This document shows positions 52,999 through 61,988 of a DNA stretch of 64,000 bases, in pieces. This stretch comes from Thermoleophilaceae bacterium (GTDB lineage Bacteria > Actinomycetota > Thermoleophilia > Solirubrobacterales > Thermoleophilaceae). Under the pieces are notes generated by a model, which saw only the letters and a program-made list of their open reading frames with translations, was not told the origin of the DNA and searched no databases. Position 1 is the stretch's first letter. Each line of letters starts with the position of its first letter. The DNA lies in NCBI GenBank assembly GCA_030448005.1, contig JAUJNT010000005.1, positions 23,710-87,709 on the forward strand, in the 5' to 3' direction. Position numbers and translations under genes: made by a program.

Positions 52999-54174
52999 TC
53001 AAGCGCTGAGCTCCCGCTCCAGCGGGGTCCGGAAGCGCGGGATGAAGCGCACGTCTGCGAGCCACGCGTGCAGCCGGTCCGCCTGGTGGTCGATGGCTGC
53101 ACGGGCGTCTGACCCCACGTCCTCGAGGAGTCCCAGCGCGATCTCGCCGTCCTTGCGCTGTGTCCAGCCTCCCACGACCCGCCCGTCCCACCAGACCGTG
53201 GGCCCGGCGTTGCCGTTGCGATCGAACAGCCGGGTGCGGTGCGCCCCGAGGTACCAGTCGCGCTCTTTCCAGCCCATCACGGTCGAGTCCAGGCTCGGGA
53301 GCAGGCAGGCCCACGCCTCGGGCTGCTTCACGGGTTCCCCGTCGTCTGCGAGCAGGTAGCCCACGTGCCCGCCGAGGTCGACCTCTGCGGGCTGGACCTC
53401 GGCGAGCGCCTCCCTGAGCTGCCCGGCTGTCCATCCGGTCCACCACTTGAGGTCGGCAAAGGTGCCCGGCCCGAACGCGTAAAGCCAGCTCCGGGCGAGT
53501 TGCGCGCGGGCCGTCCCGACCGGCAGGCGCGGCATCTCCGCCCCGAGCCAGGACCGCATCGGCGCCCACCGGTAGAGGGTGCTCGTCCATGAGCCGAGTG
53601 GCCGGCCGCGCACGATGTGCCCCTCTGCGGCCAACAGGAAGAGCACCCGGGTCGAGACGCCCTGGGTGCTCTCGTACCTCTTGCCCTGGGCGACGGGGAT
53701 CCGCACGCGGAGTGCCGGGACGTCCGCGGAGAGCTCTGTGGCCGTGGCCTCCCCCCGGGCGATCAGCGCCTCCAGAGCGTCCCCCTCGGCCTTGCGCAGC
53801 CATGCCTCGCAGTCCTCGGCCACCCCGACGCCCTCGAGCATCTTGACCACCTTGCGCCGCTCGCCGGGCACGAGCGGCTGGCTGCACGCCGCCTGCACTA
53901 CCGGCATGAGCGCGGTCGGAACCGCGAACACCGTGCGCCGCATGCCGAGCACGCGCGCCACCGTGCGCTCGCCATACATGGAATGCTCGATCGCCTCGAT
54001 CTCCGGCGCCCCCATCCTCGACCGCGCGGCCAGCATCATCGACGCCGGATCGGTGGCGTGAAGTCCCACGACGGCGCCCGCGGCCTCCGCCAACGCGGTG
54101 GTGCGTGCCTCATCGGCCAGCCGGTGGCGGATGCCGAGCCGCGCCCGCCGTTCGGCGCTCGTGACCTTTCTCAC
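52999..54174 (-). CDS. Winged-helix DNA glycosylase AlkZ/YcaQ-like (HTH_42 / DUF1006) protein
   Basis: RRARLGIRHRL...VVGLHATDPASMMLAARSRM N-terminus and overall 391-aa layout typical of this family. Confidence 0.75.
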   Translation of the reverse strand: MRKVTSAERRARLGIRHRLADEARTTALAEAAGAVVGLHATDPASMMLAARSRMGAPEIEAIEHSMYGERTVARVLGMRRTVFAVPTALMPVVQAACSQPLVPGERRKVVKMLEGVGVAEDCEAWLRKAEGDALEALIARGEATATELSADVPALRVRIPVAQGKRYESTQGVSTRVLFLLAAEGHIVRGRPLGSWTSTLYRWAPMRSWLGAEMPRLPVGTARAQLARSWLYAFGPGTFADLKWWTGWTAGQLREALAEVQPAEVDLGGHVGYLLADDGEPVKQPEAWACLLPSLDSTVMGWKERDWYLGAHRTRLFDRNGNAGPTVWWDGRVVGGWTQRKDGEIALGLLEDVGSDARAAIDHQADRLHAWLADVRFIPRFRTPLERELSA

Positions 54175-54224
54175 CCGACCACCCTGTCGCCAGCCTAGTC
54201 GGGTCGCTCGCGCTCGCGGAGGGC

Positions 54225-55844
54225 GTGCCGCACCGTAGGCTCTCTCCCCCCTTGGAGCACATCGAACTACTGGTCTTCGGGCTTCTCGTAGCCATCTCCG
54301 GGCTCGCGGCCCTGGCCCGGGTGGTCCAGGTCCCCTACCCGATCCTGCTTGTGATCGGCGGCCTCGTGATCGGCTTCGTGCCTGGCGTGCCGGAGGTCGA
54401 GCTCGACCCGGATCTCGTCCTGCTGATCTTCCTCCCCCCGCTCCTGTACGCGGCGGCGTTCTTCTCGAACCTGCGTGAGCTGCGAGCGAACGCTCCCGTC
54501 ATCGGCGTTCTGTCGATCGGTCTCGTGATTGCTACCACCGTCGCGGTGGCCGCCGCATCGCACGCGGTTATCGGCCTCGACTGGCCGGTGGCGTTCGTGC
54601 TCGGCGCCGTGGTCTCACCCTCCGACGCAGTGGCCCCGGCCAGCATCCTGAGACGTCTGCGCGCGCCCCGGCGGGTGGTGACGATCGTGGAGGGCGAGAA
54701 CCTCACGAACGACTGGACGGCGCTCGTCACCTACAAGTTCGCGGTGGCGGCTGTGACCACCGGTACCTTCTCGCTTGCCGACGCGGCTCCCAGATTCATG
54801 CTAACCGGGCTCGGCGGCGTGGCCGTGGGAGTCGCCGCCGGTGTGGTCATATCGGCCGTCAGACGGCGGCTGGACGATCCGCTCGCCGAGATCACGATCT
54901 CCCTGCTCACCGCCTATGCCGCCTACCTCCCCGCCGAGGAGCTTGGCCTGTCGGGCGTCATGGCGGCCGTGACGGTGGGAGTCGTGCTCGGCTGGCAGGC
55001 ATCCGAGCTCACCACCCCCACCACCCGCATCCAGCTCTACGCGATATGGGAGAGCCTGCAGTTTCTCCTGAACGCAGTGCTGTTCATCCTCGTGGGGCTG
55101 CAGCTGCCGGTGGTGCTCGAGAGCATCGAGGGCCGCTCGGCCGGCGAGCTGGCGGGTTACGGCGGTCTGGTAGCGGCGCTCGTCGTGATCGTCAGGTTGG
55201 TCTTCGTGGCGCTCTTTGCGTCCATGCCGCGGTGGTTACGCGGGGCCCGGGCGCGGAGTCCGCTGCCGGCTGCGAGCTCCGTGGCCCTGGTGGCCTGGAG
55301 CGGCATGCGAGGGGCGGTTTGCCTGGCGGCGGCCCTCGCCATCCCACTCCAGACGGAGGCCGGCGCGACGTTCCCGGAGCGCGACCTCCTGATCTTCCTG
55401 GCCTTCTGCGTCATCCTCGTGACGCTCGTGGGCCAGGGGCTCACCCTGCCGGTCCTGATCCGCGCCGTCGGTATCGAGGAGGACCGCCTCGATGCCGACG
55501 AGGAGCTTGCCGCTCGGGTCGAGACCGCCTTTGCGGCGCTCGATCGCATCGAGCAGGTGGCCGCGGAGGACTGGGTTCACCCGGACACCGCCCGGCGCGT
55601 GCGCGGGATCTACGAGCACCGCCGCCGGCGCTTCAGCTCGCGCATCGACGGCCGCAACCGCGACGGGGACGACGACGTGGACTACGAGGGCCGCGCATCA
55701 GCGTACTCGCGGCTGATGCGCCAGGTGATCGGCGCGCAGCGGGCCAAGCTGCGCGAGCTGCGCGATGGAGGGGCGATCACCGACGAGGTGCGGCGCAAGG
55801 TGGAGTACGACCTGGACCTCGAGGAGGCCCGCCTCGAGGAGTAG
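54225..55844 (+). CDS. Na+/H+ antiporter (NhaP-type CPA1) with cytoplasmic C-terminal domain
   Basis: About 12 TM segments. SPSDAVAPASIL and EGENLTNDWTALV motifs. Start position uncertain. Confidence 0.85.
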   Translation: MPHRRLSPPLEHIELLVFGLLVAISGLAALARVVQVPYPILLVIGGLVIGFVPGVPEVELDPDLVLLIFLPPLLYAAAFFSNLRELRANAPVIGVLSIGLVIATTVAVAAASHAVIGLDWPVAFVLGAVVSPSDAVAPASILRRLRAPRRVVTIVEGENLTNDWTALVTYKFAVAAVTTGTFSLADAAPRFMLTGLGGVAVGVAAGVVISAVRRRLDDPLAEITISLLTAYAAYLPAEELGLSGVMAAVTVGVVLGWQASELTTPTTRIQLYAIWESLQFLLNAVLFILVGLQLPVVLESIEGRSAGELAGYGGLVAALVVIVRLVFVALFASMPRWLRGARARSPLPAASSVALVAWSGMRGAVCLAAALAIPLQTEAGATFPERDLLIFLAFCVILVTLVGQGLTLPVLIRAVGIEEDRLDADEELAARVETAFAALDRIEQVAAEDWVHPDTARRVRGIYEHRRRRFSSRIDGRNRDGDDDVDYEGRASAYSRLMRQVIGAQRAKLRELRDGGAITDEVRRKVEYDLDLEEARLEE

Positions 55845-55850
55845 GTTCTC

Positions 55851-56624
55851 CTACCTGGGGCGCACCAGCAAGCTCTGGGTTGCCCGCCCGATCATGCCGC
55901 GCTCATCCAGAAGCGCCGTGTCGGAGAGGCCCACGCCGTCGGACTCGGCGTAGGTGACCGCGTCCAGGCACACCCACTCTCCTGTCGGGAGTCGGCGCAG
56001 CGCCACGGACAGGTCGGCGTTGATGAAGAGATACCGCCGGTAATCGAGCGGAGCGCTCACCCCGTTGCCCGAGTCTGCTGCCACCAGCACCCGATCGAGC
56101 GCCGAGGGCTCCTCGCCCTCCACCAGTGGGACGCGCATGCGCATCCACGCACGAGCGGGTCCGGCCTCGGTGTAGCCACCCGAGAGGAAGCGCACCTCCA
56201 TCGCGGTGTGGTAGCCGGCGTCCCACTCGACGGGGAAGAAGTGGCGTGCCCGAGACTGTTCGGGCCCGGGAGGTGGGTCCTCCGGAGGCGGCTGCCCCTC
56301 GAGCGCGACCGTCTCCGTGCGGATGCGCCAGGCGCGGGCGCGGATCAGGTCGACGCCCTCGCTCGAGAGGGCGCCCTCGATCAGCTCGACGCTGCGCCCG
56401 GGGCGCACCACCTCGGCCGCGCAGGTGAGCTTGGCGATCGGCACCGGCCTCAGGATCTCGAAGGTGACGCGCGCCATCCGCGCCCCCTCCAGGGCCCCGG
56501 CACGGTCGACGGCGCGCCCCAGGAGGGCACACGGCGGTCCCGCGTGCTGGCTTTCGAGGTCCCACGGTCCGCGGGTCAGCTCCGTGGCGTCGAACGCCCC
56601 GCCCTCGCGACGGTAGAAGGCCAG
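55851..56624 (-). CDS. Acyl-CoA thioesterase II-like (double hotdog) protein; canonical start missing
   Basis: ORF-track Met 56477 cuts off conserved N-terminal sequence (FYRREGGAFDATELTRGPWDLESQHAGPPCALLGRAV), which is in frame upstream. No ATG/GTG/TTG there; CTG at 56624. Confidence 0.55.
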   Translation of the reverse strand: MAFYRREGGAFDATELTRGPWDLESQHAGPPCALLGRAVDRAGALEGARMARVTFEILRPVPIAKLTCAAEVVRPGRSVELIEGALSSEGVDLIRARAWRIRTETVALEGQPPPEDPPPGPEQSRARHFFPVEWDAGYHTAMEVRFLSGGYTEAGPARAWMRMRVPLVEGEEPSALDRVLVAADSGNGVSAPLDYRRYLFINADLSVALRRLPTGEWVCLDAVTYAESDGVGLSDTALLDERGMIGRATQSLLVRPR

Positions 56625-56628
56625 GGCG

Positions 56629-57822
56629 CTAGACCGCCTCGAGGGAACGGGCGGGCTCGGCGGGAGTGGCCCGACCGGTCACGGCTCTCGCCATCCGGCG
56701 TGCCTCCCACGACATCTCCCAGAACATCCCGCTCATCGGATTGCGGTAGCCCACGAAGTGGAGCCCCGGGGCATTTGGGTGCTCCTCCCCACCCATCCTG
56801 AGCGGGCGCCCGCTGGGCTCGTCGAGCACGCCGAGATGTCCCACGAGCGGCTCGAGCCCCCGCCGGTAGCCGGTTGCCGCGACCACTGCGTCGGGCTCGA
56901 TCTCGCTGCCGTCGACCAAGCGGACGCGCGATCCGTGGAAGGACTCGACGGCCGCCACCGGCTCGACCCTCCCATCCTTGACGAGCCTGACGAGGCCGAC
57001 GTCGAGGATCGGGATGCTGTCCCGCTCGCGGAAGTCCGTGAACGCCCCGTTCTGCGGGGTCGGCAGGCCGAACCGGCTCAGGTCACCGACCGTGAGGCGA
57101 CGCGTCACGCTGAAGAGGCGATCGGTGATGGCGCTGGGAAGCCGGTGAAGCAGGATCGCGGTTGCCTGAGCGGGCACGCCTCCCGCGGAGCGCAGCGTCA
57201 CATGGGGCGGTGTGCGAAACGCCAGCCGGATCCGCGCGGCCCCTCCCTCCGCAAGGTCTACGCACAGCTCGGCGCCCGTGTTGCCGGTTCCGGCCACGAG
57301 CACGTCCTTGCCGCGGTAGGGCTCGGCGTCGCGGTAGTCCGAGGCGTGAATGAGCTCCCCGGTGAACCCTTCCTGACCGGGCCAGTGGGGAAGCACCGGC
57401 GTGTGGTTGTAGCCCGTGGCCACCACCACCACCACCGGCGCCTCGAGGACCCCTACAGGCGTATCGACCCGCCACCCTCGCCCGCCGGCGGCGCGGTCGA
57501 TGCGCCGCGCCTGGGTGCCGACGCGGACGTTCAGGCGGTGGTGGCGGACGTAGTTCTCCAGATAGCCCACCACGCCCTCACGCGACACCCATGGGCCGCG
57601 GCGGGAGGAGATCCGCAGGCCCGGCAGGCAGGAGAGCGGCCTCCACGTATGCAGGTGCAGGCGGTGGTAGTGGCGGCGCCAGCTCGCCCCCACCTGGTCG
57701 CGTTCCAGGACGACGGTCTCGCGGGCCGCCTCGGAGAGCATGGCGGCCGCGGCAAGCCCCCCGGGGCCCGCCCCGATCACGACCGCCTCGTGACGCTCGA
57801 CAGCATCCGGCACAGCAGGCAT
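56629..57822 (-). CDS. Flavin-containing monooxygenase-like NAD(P)/FAD-dependent oxidoreductase
   Basis: VVIGAGPGGLAAA and VLVAGTGNTGAE dinucleotide motifs; ATGY. Confidence 0.85.
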   Translation of the reverse strand: MPAVPDAVERHEAVVIGAGPGGLAAAAMLSEAARETVVLERDQVGASWRRHYHRLHLHTWRPLSCLPGLRISSRRGPWVSREGVVGYLENYVRHHRLNVRVGTQARRIDRAAGGRGWRVDTPVGVLEAPVVVVVATGYNHTPVLPHWPGQEGFTGELIHASDYRDAEPYRGKDVLVAGTGNTGAELCVDLAEGGAARIRLAFRTPPHVTLRSAGGVPAQATAILLHRLPSAITDRLFSVTRRLTVGDLSRFGLPTPQNGAFTDFRERDSIPILDVGLVRLVKDGRVEPVAAVESFHGSRVRLVDGSEIEPDAVVAATGYRRGLEPLVGHLGVLDEPSGRPLRMGGEEHPNAPGLHFVGYRNPMSGMFWEMSWEARRMARAVTGRATPAEPARSLEAV

Positions 57823-57923
57823 CGTACGCTCCAGGGGTAGCCTCCCCCGGTGAGATCCGCGTCAGAGCGCGGCCGCGGTCAGCCACCACCGAGGTCGTCG
57901 GTGAGCGCGCGGGCGCGGTGGTG

Positions 57924-58586
57924 ATGCGTGTGACGGCTCGAGTAGGAGGTCTGCCAGACTGCCGTGCCGTGGCAAAGCAGAAGCAGATCAAGATGCAGAT
58001 GCAGGTCGGCGCCCTGGGAGCGATCCAGCAGCTCGAGGGACGCACCGACGAGCAGCTACAGGGGGAGTCCAAGCACCGGGTGGCAGCCAAGGCGCTGCTC
58101 GGAGCCCGCGCGGCTGAGCGCTACGACGTAAAGGCCGCGAGGGCCTACTTCAACGAGGCGCTCGCGGGATGCCACCCCCAGGAGCGACCCGCGCTGCGGC
58201 AGATGATGAAGGCCTCGATGGCCCTTGCCGAGCGCCGGCCGGACGACCTCAAGGAGGCTGTGCAGAAGCTCGGGCAGGCACCGCCCTCGAGCCGCCAGCT
58301 CTTCCTGCTGCGGATGATGGGCCTCGTCTCCCCGCCACCCGGCGCAAGCGTCGCGCTCCGTGTCCGCGGCATGCTGATCCTGCTCCTGATCGTGCTGGCG
58401 CTCGTGGCCATCGGGTACGGGCTGGCCGAGCTGGTCGCGCTGCCCTTCGGCGGCGTGGGAGTGATCGGCGGGATCCTGCTCGGCCTGTTGATCGTGGTGG
58501 CCGTGCTGGGGGTGCTCACGTTGCTCGGGCGACGCCGGCAGGCGCGGATGAAAGCCGAGCGCGGCGCCCCCCCGGGCGGCGGCTAG
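57924..58586 (+). CDS. Hypothetical membrane protein (helical N-domain, two C-terminal TM helices)
   Basis: Only the 3' two-thirds of ORF 57591..58586 looks coding. Start uncertain (ATG 57924 or later). Confidence 0.4.
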   Translation: MRVTARVGGLPDCRAVAKQKQIKMQMQVGALGAIQQLEGRTDEQLQGESKHRVAAKALLGARAAERYDVKAARAYFNEALAGCHPQERPALRQMMKASMALAERRPDDLKEAVQKLGQAPPSSRQLFLLRMMGLVSPPPGASVALRVRGMLILLLIVLALVAIGYGLAELVALPFGGVGVIGGILLGLLIVVAVLGVLTLLGRRRQARMKAERGAPPGGG

Positions 58587-58597
58587 CCCTCTTTCGG

Positions 58598-59344
58598 CTA
58601 CGGGCGCTTGCGCACCGTGGCCTTCTCGATCACCACCGGCCGCGTGGGCGTGCCGGAGCCCCCACTGGCCGGGTCGCCCAACTCGCCGATCTGCTGGGTG
58701 ACCTCGATGCCGCTGACCACCTTGCCGAGCACGGCGTACTCGGGCGGGAGCCTGGCATCCTCGCCCGTCACCACGTAGAACTGGCTCCCCGAGGTGCCGG
58801 GAGCCTCCTGCGCGGTCTTGGCCATGGCGACCACCCCGGTGGTGTAGGCCACGTCCGCGGGCGGACGGTCGACCGTCGAGTAGCCCGGGCCGCCGGTGCC
58901 CGTGCCAGTGGGATCGCCGCCCTGGATCACGAAGCCGGGCACGATGCGGTGAAAGACGGTGTTGTCGAAGAACCCCTTCTTCGCGAGTGAGAAGAAGGAC
59001 GCGGCGGTGGCCGGCGAGGCCTTCACGTCCAGGCGGATGGTGAAGGGCCCACAGCTCGTCTCGAGGCGGACCTCGTAGGTCTTTGCCGGGTCGAGCTTCT
59101 CCTTCGGCCTCTTCTGCCCCCCGTCGGCCTTCGGGCGGGGCGCATCCACCTCGCGGCACTTCCCGGGCGCGGCCTCCTCGGCGGTGGCCTGCGTGCGCGT
59201 CTTCGCTGCCGGCCTGTCCCCTGAGCTCTCGTCCTCGCCGCCACAGCCGGCCGCCGTCACCGCGAGCGCCGCGATTACCGGGAGCAGGGCTCGACGTGGA
59301 CGCACGGCGGGGAGAGTAGCCGCCTCTACGATTGACCGGCCCAT
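58598..59344 (-). CDS. Cyclophilin-type peptidyl-prolyl cis-trans isomerase lipoprotein
   Basis: Lipobox LAVTAAGC. FHRIVPGFVIQGGDP, GSQFYVV. The start may be GTG 59305. Confidence 0.85.
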   Translation of the reverse strand: MGRSIVEAATLPAVRPRRALLPVIAALAVTAAGCGGEDESSGDRPAAKTRTQATAEEAAPGKCREVDAPRPKADGGQKRPKEKLDPAKTYEVRLETSCGPFTIRLDVKASPATAASFFSLAKKGFFDNTVFHRIVPGFVIQGGDPTGTGTGGPGYSTVDRPPADVAYTTGVVAMAKTAQEAPGTSGSQFYVVTGEDARLPPEYAVLGKVVSGIEVTQQIGELGDPASGGSGTPTRPVVIEKATVRKRP

Positions 59345-60146
59345 GCCCCTCTCCCCCCTCGTCGAGGGCTATGACCAGGTGATCCTCGACCTCGACGGCT
59401 GCGTGTGGGTCGGGGACCAGCCGGTGGAGGGCTCCGTCGGCGCGGTAGCCGCCCTGCGCACGGCGGGGAAGCGGGTGGCCTTCGCCACCAACAACTCGTG
59501 GCATTCGGGCGAGGACCAGGTGGCGAAGCTGTGGAGCCTCGGGATCCAGGCGTCGCTGGCGGACGTGGTGACGGTCGGGGGCGCCGTCCAGCACCTGCTG
59601 GCCGAGACACGGTCGGGGCGCACGGCCTTCGTGATCGGCAGGGAGACCCTGTGCCGTCACGTTGCAGACGCCGGGCTCAAGGTGCTGAACGGCACCGAGC
59701 TCGCATCCCGCGTCGACGTGGTGGTGGTGGGCGGCACGGACGACATGCACTATCGCGACCTGCGAGACGCGTCGCTCGCGGTGCGTCGCGGCGCCGAGCT
59801 GCTGGCCACCGGTCGCGACCCCACCCTGCCGATGCCAGAGGGCTTCTGGCCGGGCGCCGGGGCCATCCTCGCCGCGGTTGAGACCGCGGCCGAGACCACC
59901 GCCCTCATCGTGGGAAAGCCCCAGCCCCAGCTCCTGCTGACCGCGCTCGACCGGTTGGGCGAGGGCAGCACGCTGGTGGTGGGCGACCGGCTCGACTCGG
60001 ACGTGGCGGCGGCCGGTGCCGCCGGGCTCGACGCCGCACTCGTCTTGAGCGGGGGGGCCACGACCGAAGCTGCGGCAGCCGCCCCCGACCCCGGCCCCGT
60101 GGCCGTGGCGCGAACCCTGGCCGACCTCGTTTGCGACTCCCTCTGA
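59343..60146 (+). CDS. HAD-IIA family hydrolase
   Basis: VILDLDGCVW (DxDG), ATNNS, VGDRLDSD. ATG 59343 within ORF 59184..60146. Confidence 0.85.
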   Translation: MPLSPLVEGYDQVILDLDGCVWVGDQPVEGSVGAVAALRTAGKRVAFATNNSWHSGEDQVAKLWSLGIQASLADVVTVGGAVQHLLAETRSGRTAFVIGRETLCRHVADAGLKVLNGTELASRVDVVVVGGTDDMHYRDLRDASLAVRRGAELLATGRDPTLPMPEGFWPGAGAILAAVETAAETTALIVGKPQPQLLLTALDRLGEGSTLVVGDRLDSDVAAAGAAGLDAALVLSGGATTEAAAAAPDPGPVAVARTLADLVCDSL

Positions 60147-60147
60147 C

Positions 60148-60432
60148 ATGGCCCGCAAGACCCACCACAAGCACTCCTCGAAGAAGGGCTACCGCAAGCT
60201 GCTCGACGCGCTGGCAGGCCTCGAAGGGGTCCACAGCGTGGCCACCGGGCGGGTGAAGCCGCGGATGGGCTCGGGGCGTCCGGTGGCGCAGATCTCGAAG
60301 GTGAGGCACACGGAGTCCGGTCTCTCCATCACGATCAACACCGAGGGCGCGATCGTGGACGCCTACGTGATCACCGATCGCCCCGCCGACGTGGAGGCGG
60401 CGATGGGCGCGATGGGCTGGACCGGCCCGTAG
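60148..60432 (+). CDS. Hypothetical small basic protein
   Basis: ATG lies 1 nt after the HAD stop. 94 aa. No motif recognised. 3' end overlaps the convergent gene by 70 nt. Confidence 0.4.
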   Translation: MARKTHHKHSSKKGYRKLLDALAGLEGVHSVATGRVKPRMGSGRPVAQISKVRHTESGLSITINTEGAIVDAYVITDRPADVEAAMGAMGWTGP

Positions 60433-60887
60433 TCCACGCCGAGCAGGGCGCAGGCCTCGGGCGTGACCGTCAGCCCGGCCGCCGCTGCCTGCGCAAGGCC
60501 GGCCGCGGGTTCGATGCGCCTTTCCTGGTGAAGGTGGGCGGCGCACAGCGCCGCGACGAAGTCCGTGTGGCGGTTGCCGTGCACCGCGACCGCTCCGCGT
60601 CCGCGAAGCTCACGGCGCAGCAGGGGCAGCAGCTCCTCGAGCGCGTCGGCTCCTTCCGCGGCGCACACCACCGGCACGTGGTGCCACGCCAGGCCCACGC
60701 GCTCGTACTCGTCCAGGTTATGCCGGGTGCTCATCGTGGAGATCACCGTGCGCACGCCGTTCTCGCGCAGGTAGGCGATATCCGCCGCCCTCCTGTCCGG
60801 GCGGTGACTCCTACCACCCCCTCCCGGGCGCTCGAGCGCGCAGAGCTTGCGGGGCCGCGCCCACCAGATTCGCTTCGGCATGTGCAT
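60363..60887 (-). CDS. Dual-specificity-phosphatase-like protein lacking the catalytic Cys
   Basis: The layout (IAYLRENGVRTVIST..., VAVHGNRHTDF) resembles a PTP loop HCxxGxxR, but reads HGNRHTD. Confidence 0.5.
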   Translation of the reverse strand: MHMPKRIWWARPRKLCALERPGGGGRSHRPDRRAADIAYLRENGVRTVISTMSTRHNLDEYERVGLAWHHVPVVCAAEGADALEELLPLLRRELRGRGAVAVHGNRHTDFVAALCAAHLHQERRIEPAAGLAQAAAAGLTVTPEACALLGVDYGPVQPIAPIAASTSAGRSVIT

Positions 60888-60977
60888 CGCTCCTCCCTGT
60901 GACTGGCTTCCTCCTCCCGTTGAGGTGCCCGCGAGGAGTCTTCGCCCCCTTGATCCTGATAATCAATCCGTTCCTGC

Positions 60978-61331
60978 ATGGACCAACTGACGGTCTACGA
61001 AAAGCCCACCTGCACCACCTGCCGTCGCCTCGTGGCGCTGCTCGAAGAGCGCGGCGTCGATTTCGAGCGCGTCGACTACCACGTCGAAGGGCTGCCCGAG
61101 CCGCAGTTGCGCAGGCTGTTCGAGAAGGCGGGCCTCCGCCCGCGCGACGTGTTGCGGCGCAAGGAGCAGCTGGTGCGGGAGCTGGGCCTCGAGCGGCCCG
61201 AACGCACCGACGACGAGCTGATCGCGGCCATGGCCGAGCATCCGCGGCTCGTGGAGCGCCCGATCGTGGAGAGTGGTGACCGGGCGGTCCTCGCGCGGCC
61301 TCCGGAGCGCGTGCTGGAGCTCCTGGAGTGA
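60978..61331 (+). CDS. ArsC/Spx/MgsR-family thioredoxin-fold protein
   Basis: VYEKPTCTTCRRL CxxC-type N-terminus, LVERPIV. 117 aa. Confidence 0.85.
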   Translation: MDQLTVYEKPTCTTCRRLVALLEERGVDFERVDYHVEGLPEPQLRRLFEKAGLRPRDVLRRKEQLVRELGLERPERTDDELIAAMAEHPRLVERPIVESGDRAVLARPPERVLELLE

Positions 61332-61385
61332 GGGCACCGGCCGTGCCGCGTGGCGCGCAGCCGGCTGAGGCTCTCTCCTCCGGCC

Positions 61386-61532
61386 ATGGACGCGGCTTCC
61401 CTGATCGCGGTTATGCTGGCCGGCCTGCTCACCGGAAGCGAGCTGACCTCGCGCGCCATCGTGCACCCCACGCTGTGGAAGCTCGAGCACCGGGAGCAGG
61501 TGAGGGCCGAAGATGATGGTTTGCTATGCTAA
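61386..61532 (+). pseudogene. Possible 5' fragment of a DUF1772 (anthrone-oxygenase-like) membrane protein
   Basis: MDAASLIAVMLAGLLTGSELTSRAIVHPTLWKL resembles a DUF1772 N-terminus. The ORF ends abruptly at the AT-rich marR operator. Confidence 0.3.
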
Positions 61533-61546
61533 TTAGACAGGCTAAT
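61528..61546. promoter_or_regulatory. AT-rich operator-like site abutting the marR start: ATTAG-N5-CTAAT dyad and GCTAAT direct repeat
   Basis: Sequence reads GCTAATTAGACAGGCTAAT followed by CATG. It is the only AT-rich stretch in the neighbourhood. TATGCT lies 17 nt upstream of the ATG. Confidence 0.45.
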
Positions 61547-61547
61547 C

Positions 61548-61988
61548 ATGGTGCAGAGCGTCCATACCGAAACCGATCTCGCGACCAGGCTGCGGCTCGC
61601 CGTGACCCGTACCGCGCGTCGGCTGCGACAGCAGGCGGGCACCGACCTGACGCCTTCGCTCGCGGCGGCCCTGGCCACCGTCGAGGTGCGGGGACCGCTC
61701 ACCCCCAGCGAGCTGGCCGAGATCGAGGGGGTCAAGCGGCCCACGGCCACCCGGATCGTGGCCAAGCTGGCCGCCTCCGGACTGGTTGAACGCACGGGAG
61801 ATCCAAACGACGGACGGGTATCGCTGGTCTCGATCAGCTCCGACGGGAGCGCGCTTCTGCACAAGATGCGAAAGCGCAAGAACGCCTACCTCGCGCGCCG
61901 TCTGCGCGAGCTTCCACCGGACGACATCGCCGCGCTCGAGCGCGCGGCGGACGTGCTCGAGCGCCTGCTCGAGGACGGTCGCCGGTGA
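61548..61988 (+). CDS. MarR-family transcriptional regulator
   Basis: Winged-HTH region LTPSELAEIEGVKRPTATRIVAKLAASGLVER..DPNDGRVSLV. Confidence 0.9.
   Translation: MVQSVHTETDLATRLRLAVTRTARRLRQQAGTDLTPSLAAALATVEVRGPLTPSELAEIEGVKRPTATRIVAKLAASGLVERTGDPNDGRVSLVSISSDGSALLHKMRKRKNAYLARRLRELPPDDIAALERAADVLERLLEDGRR

Noticed and set aside
59342-59345. Divergent overlapping start codons (CATG) of the cyclophilin and HAD genes as a regulatory oddity
   Set aside because: The cyclophilin more likely starts at the downstream GTG 59305, just before its lipoprotein signal, which removes the overlap.
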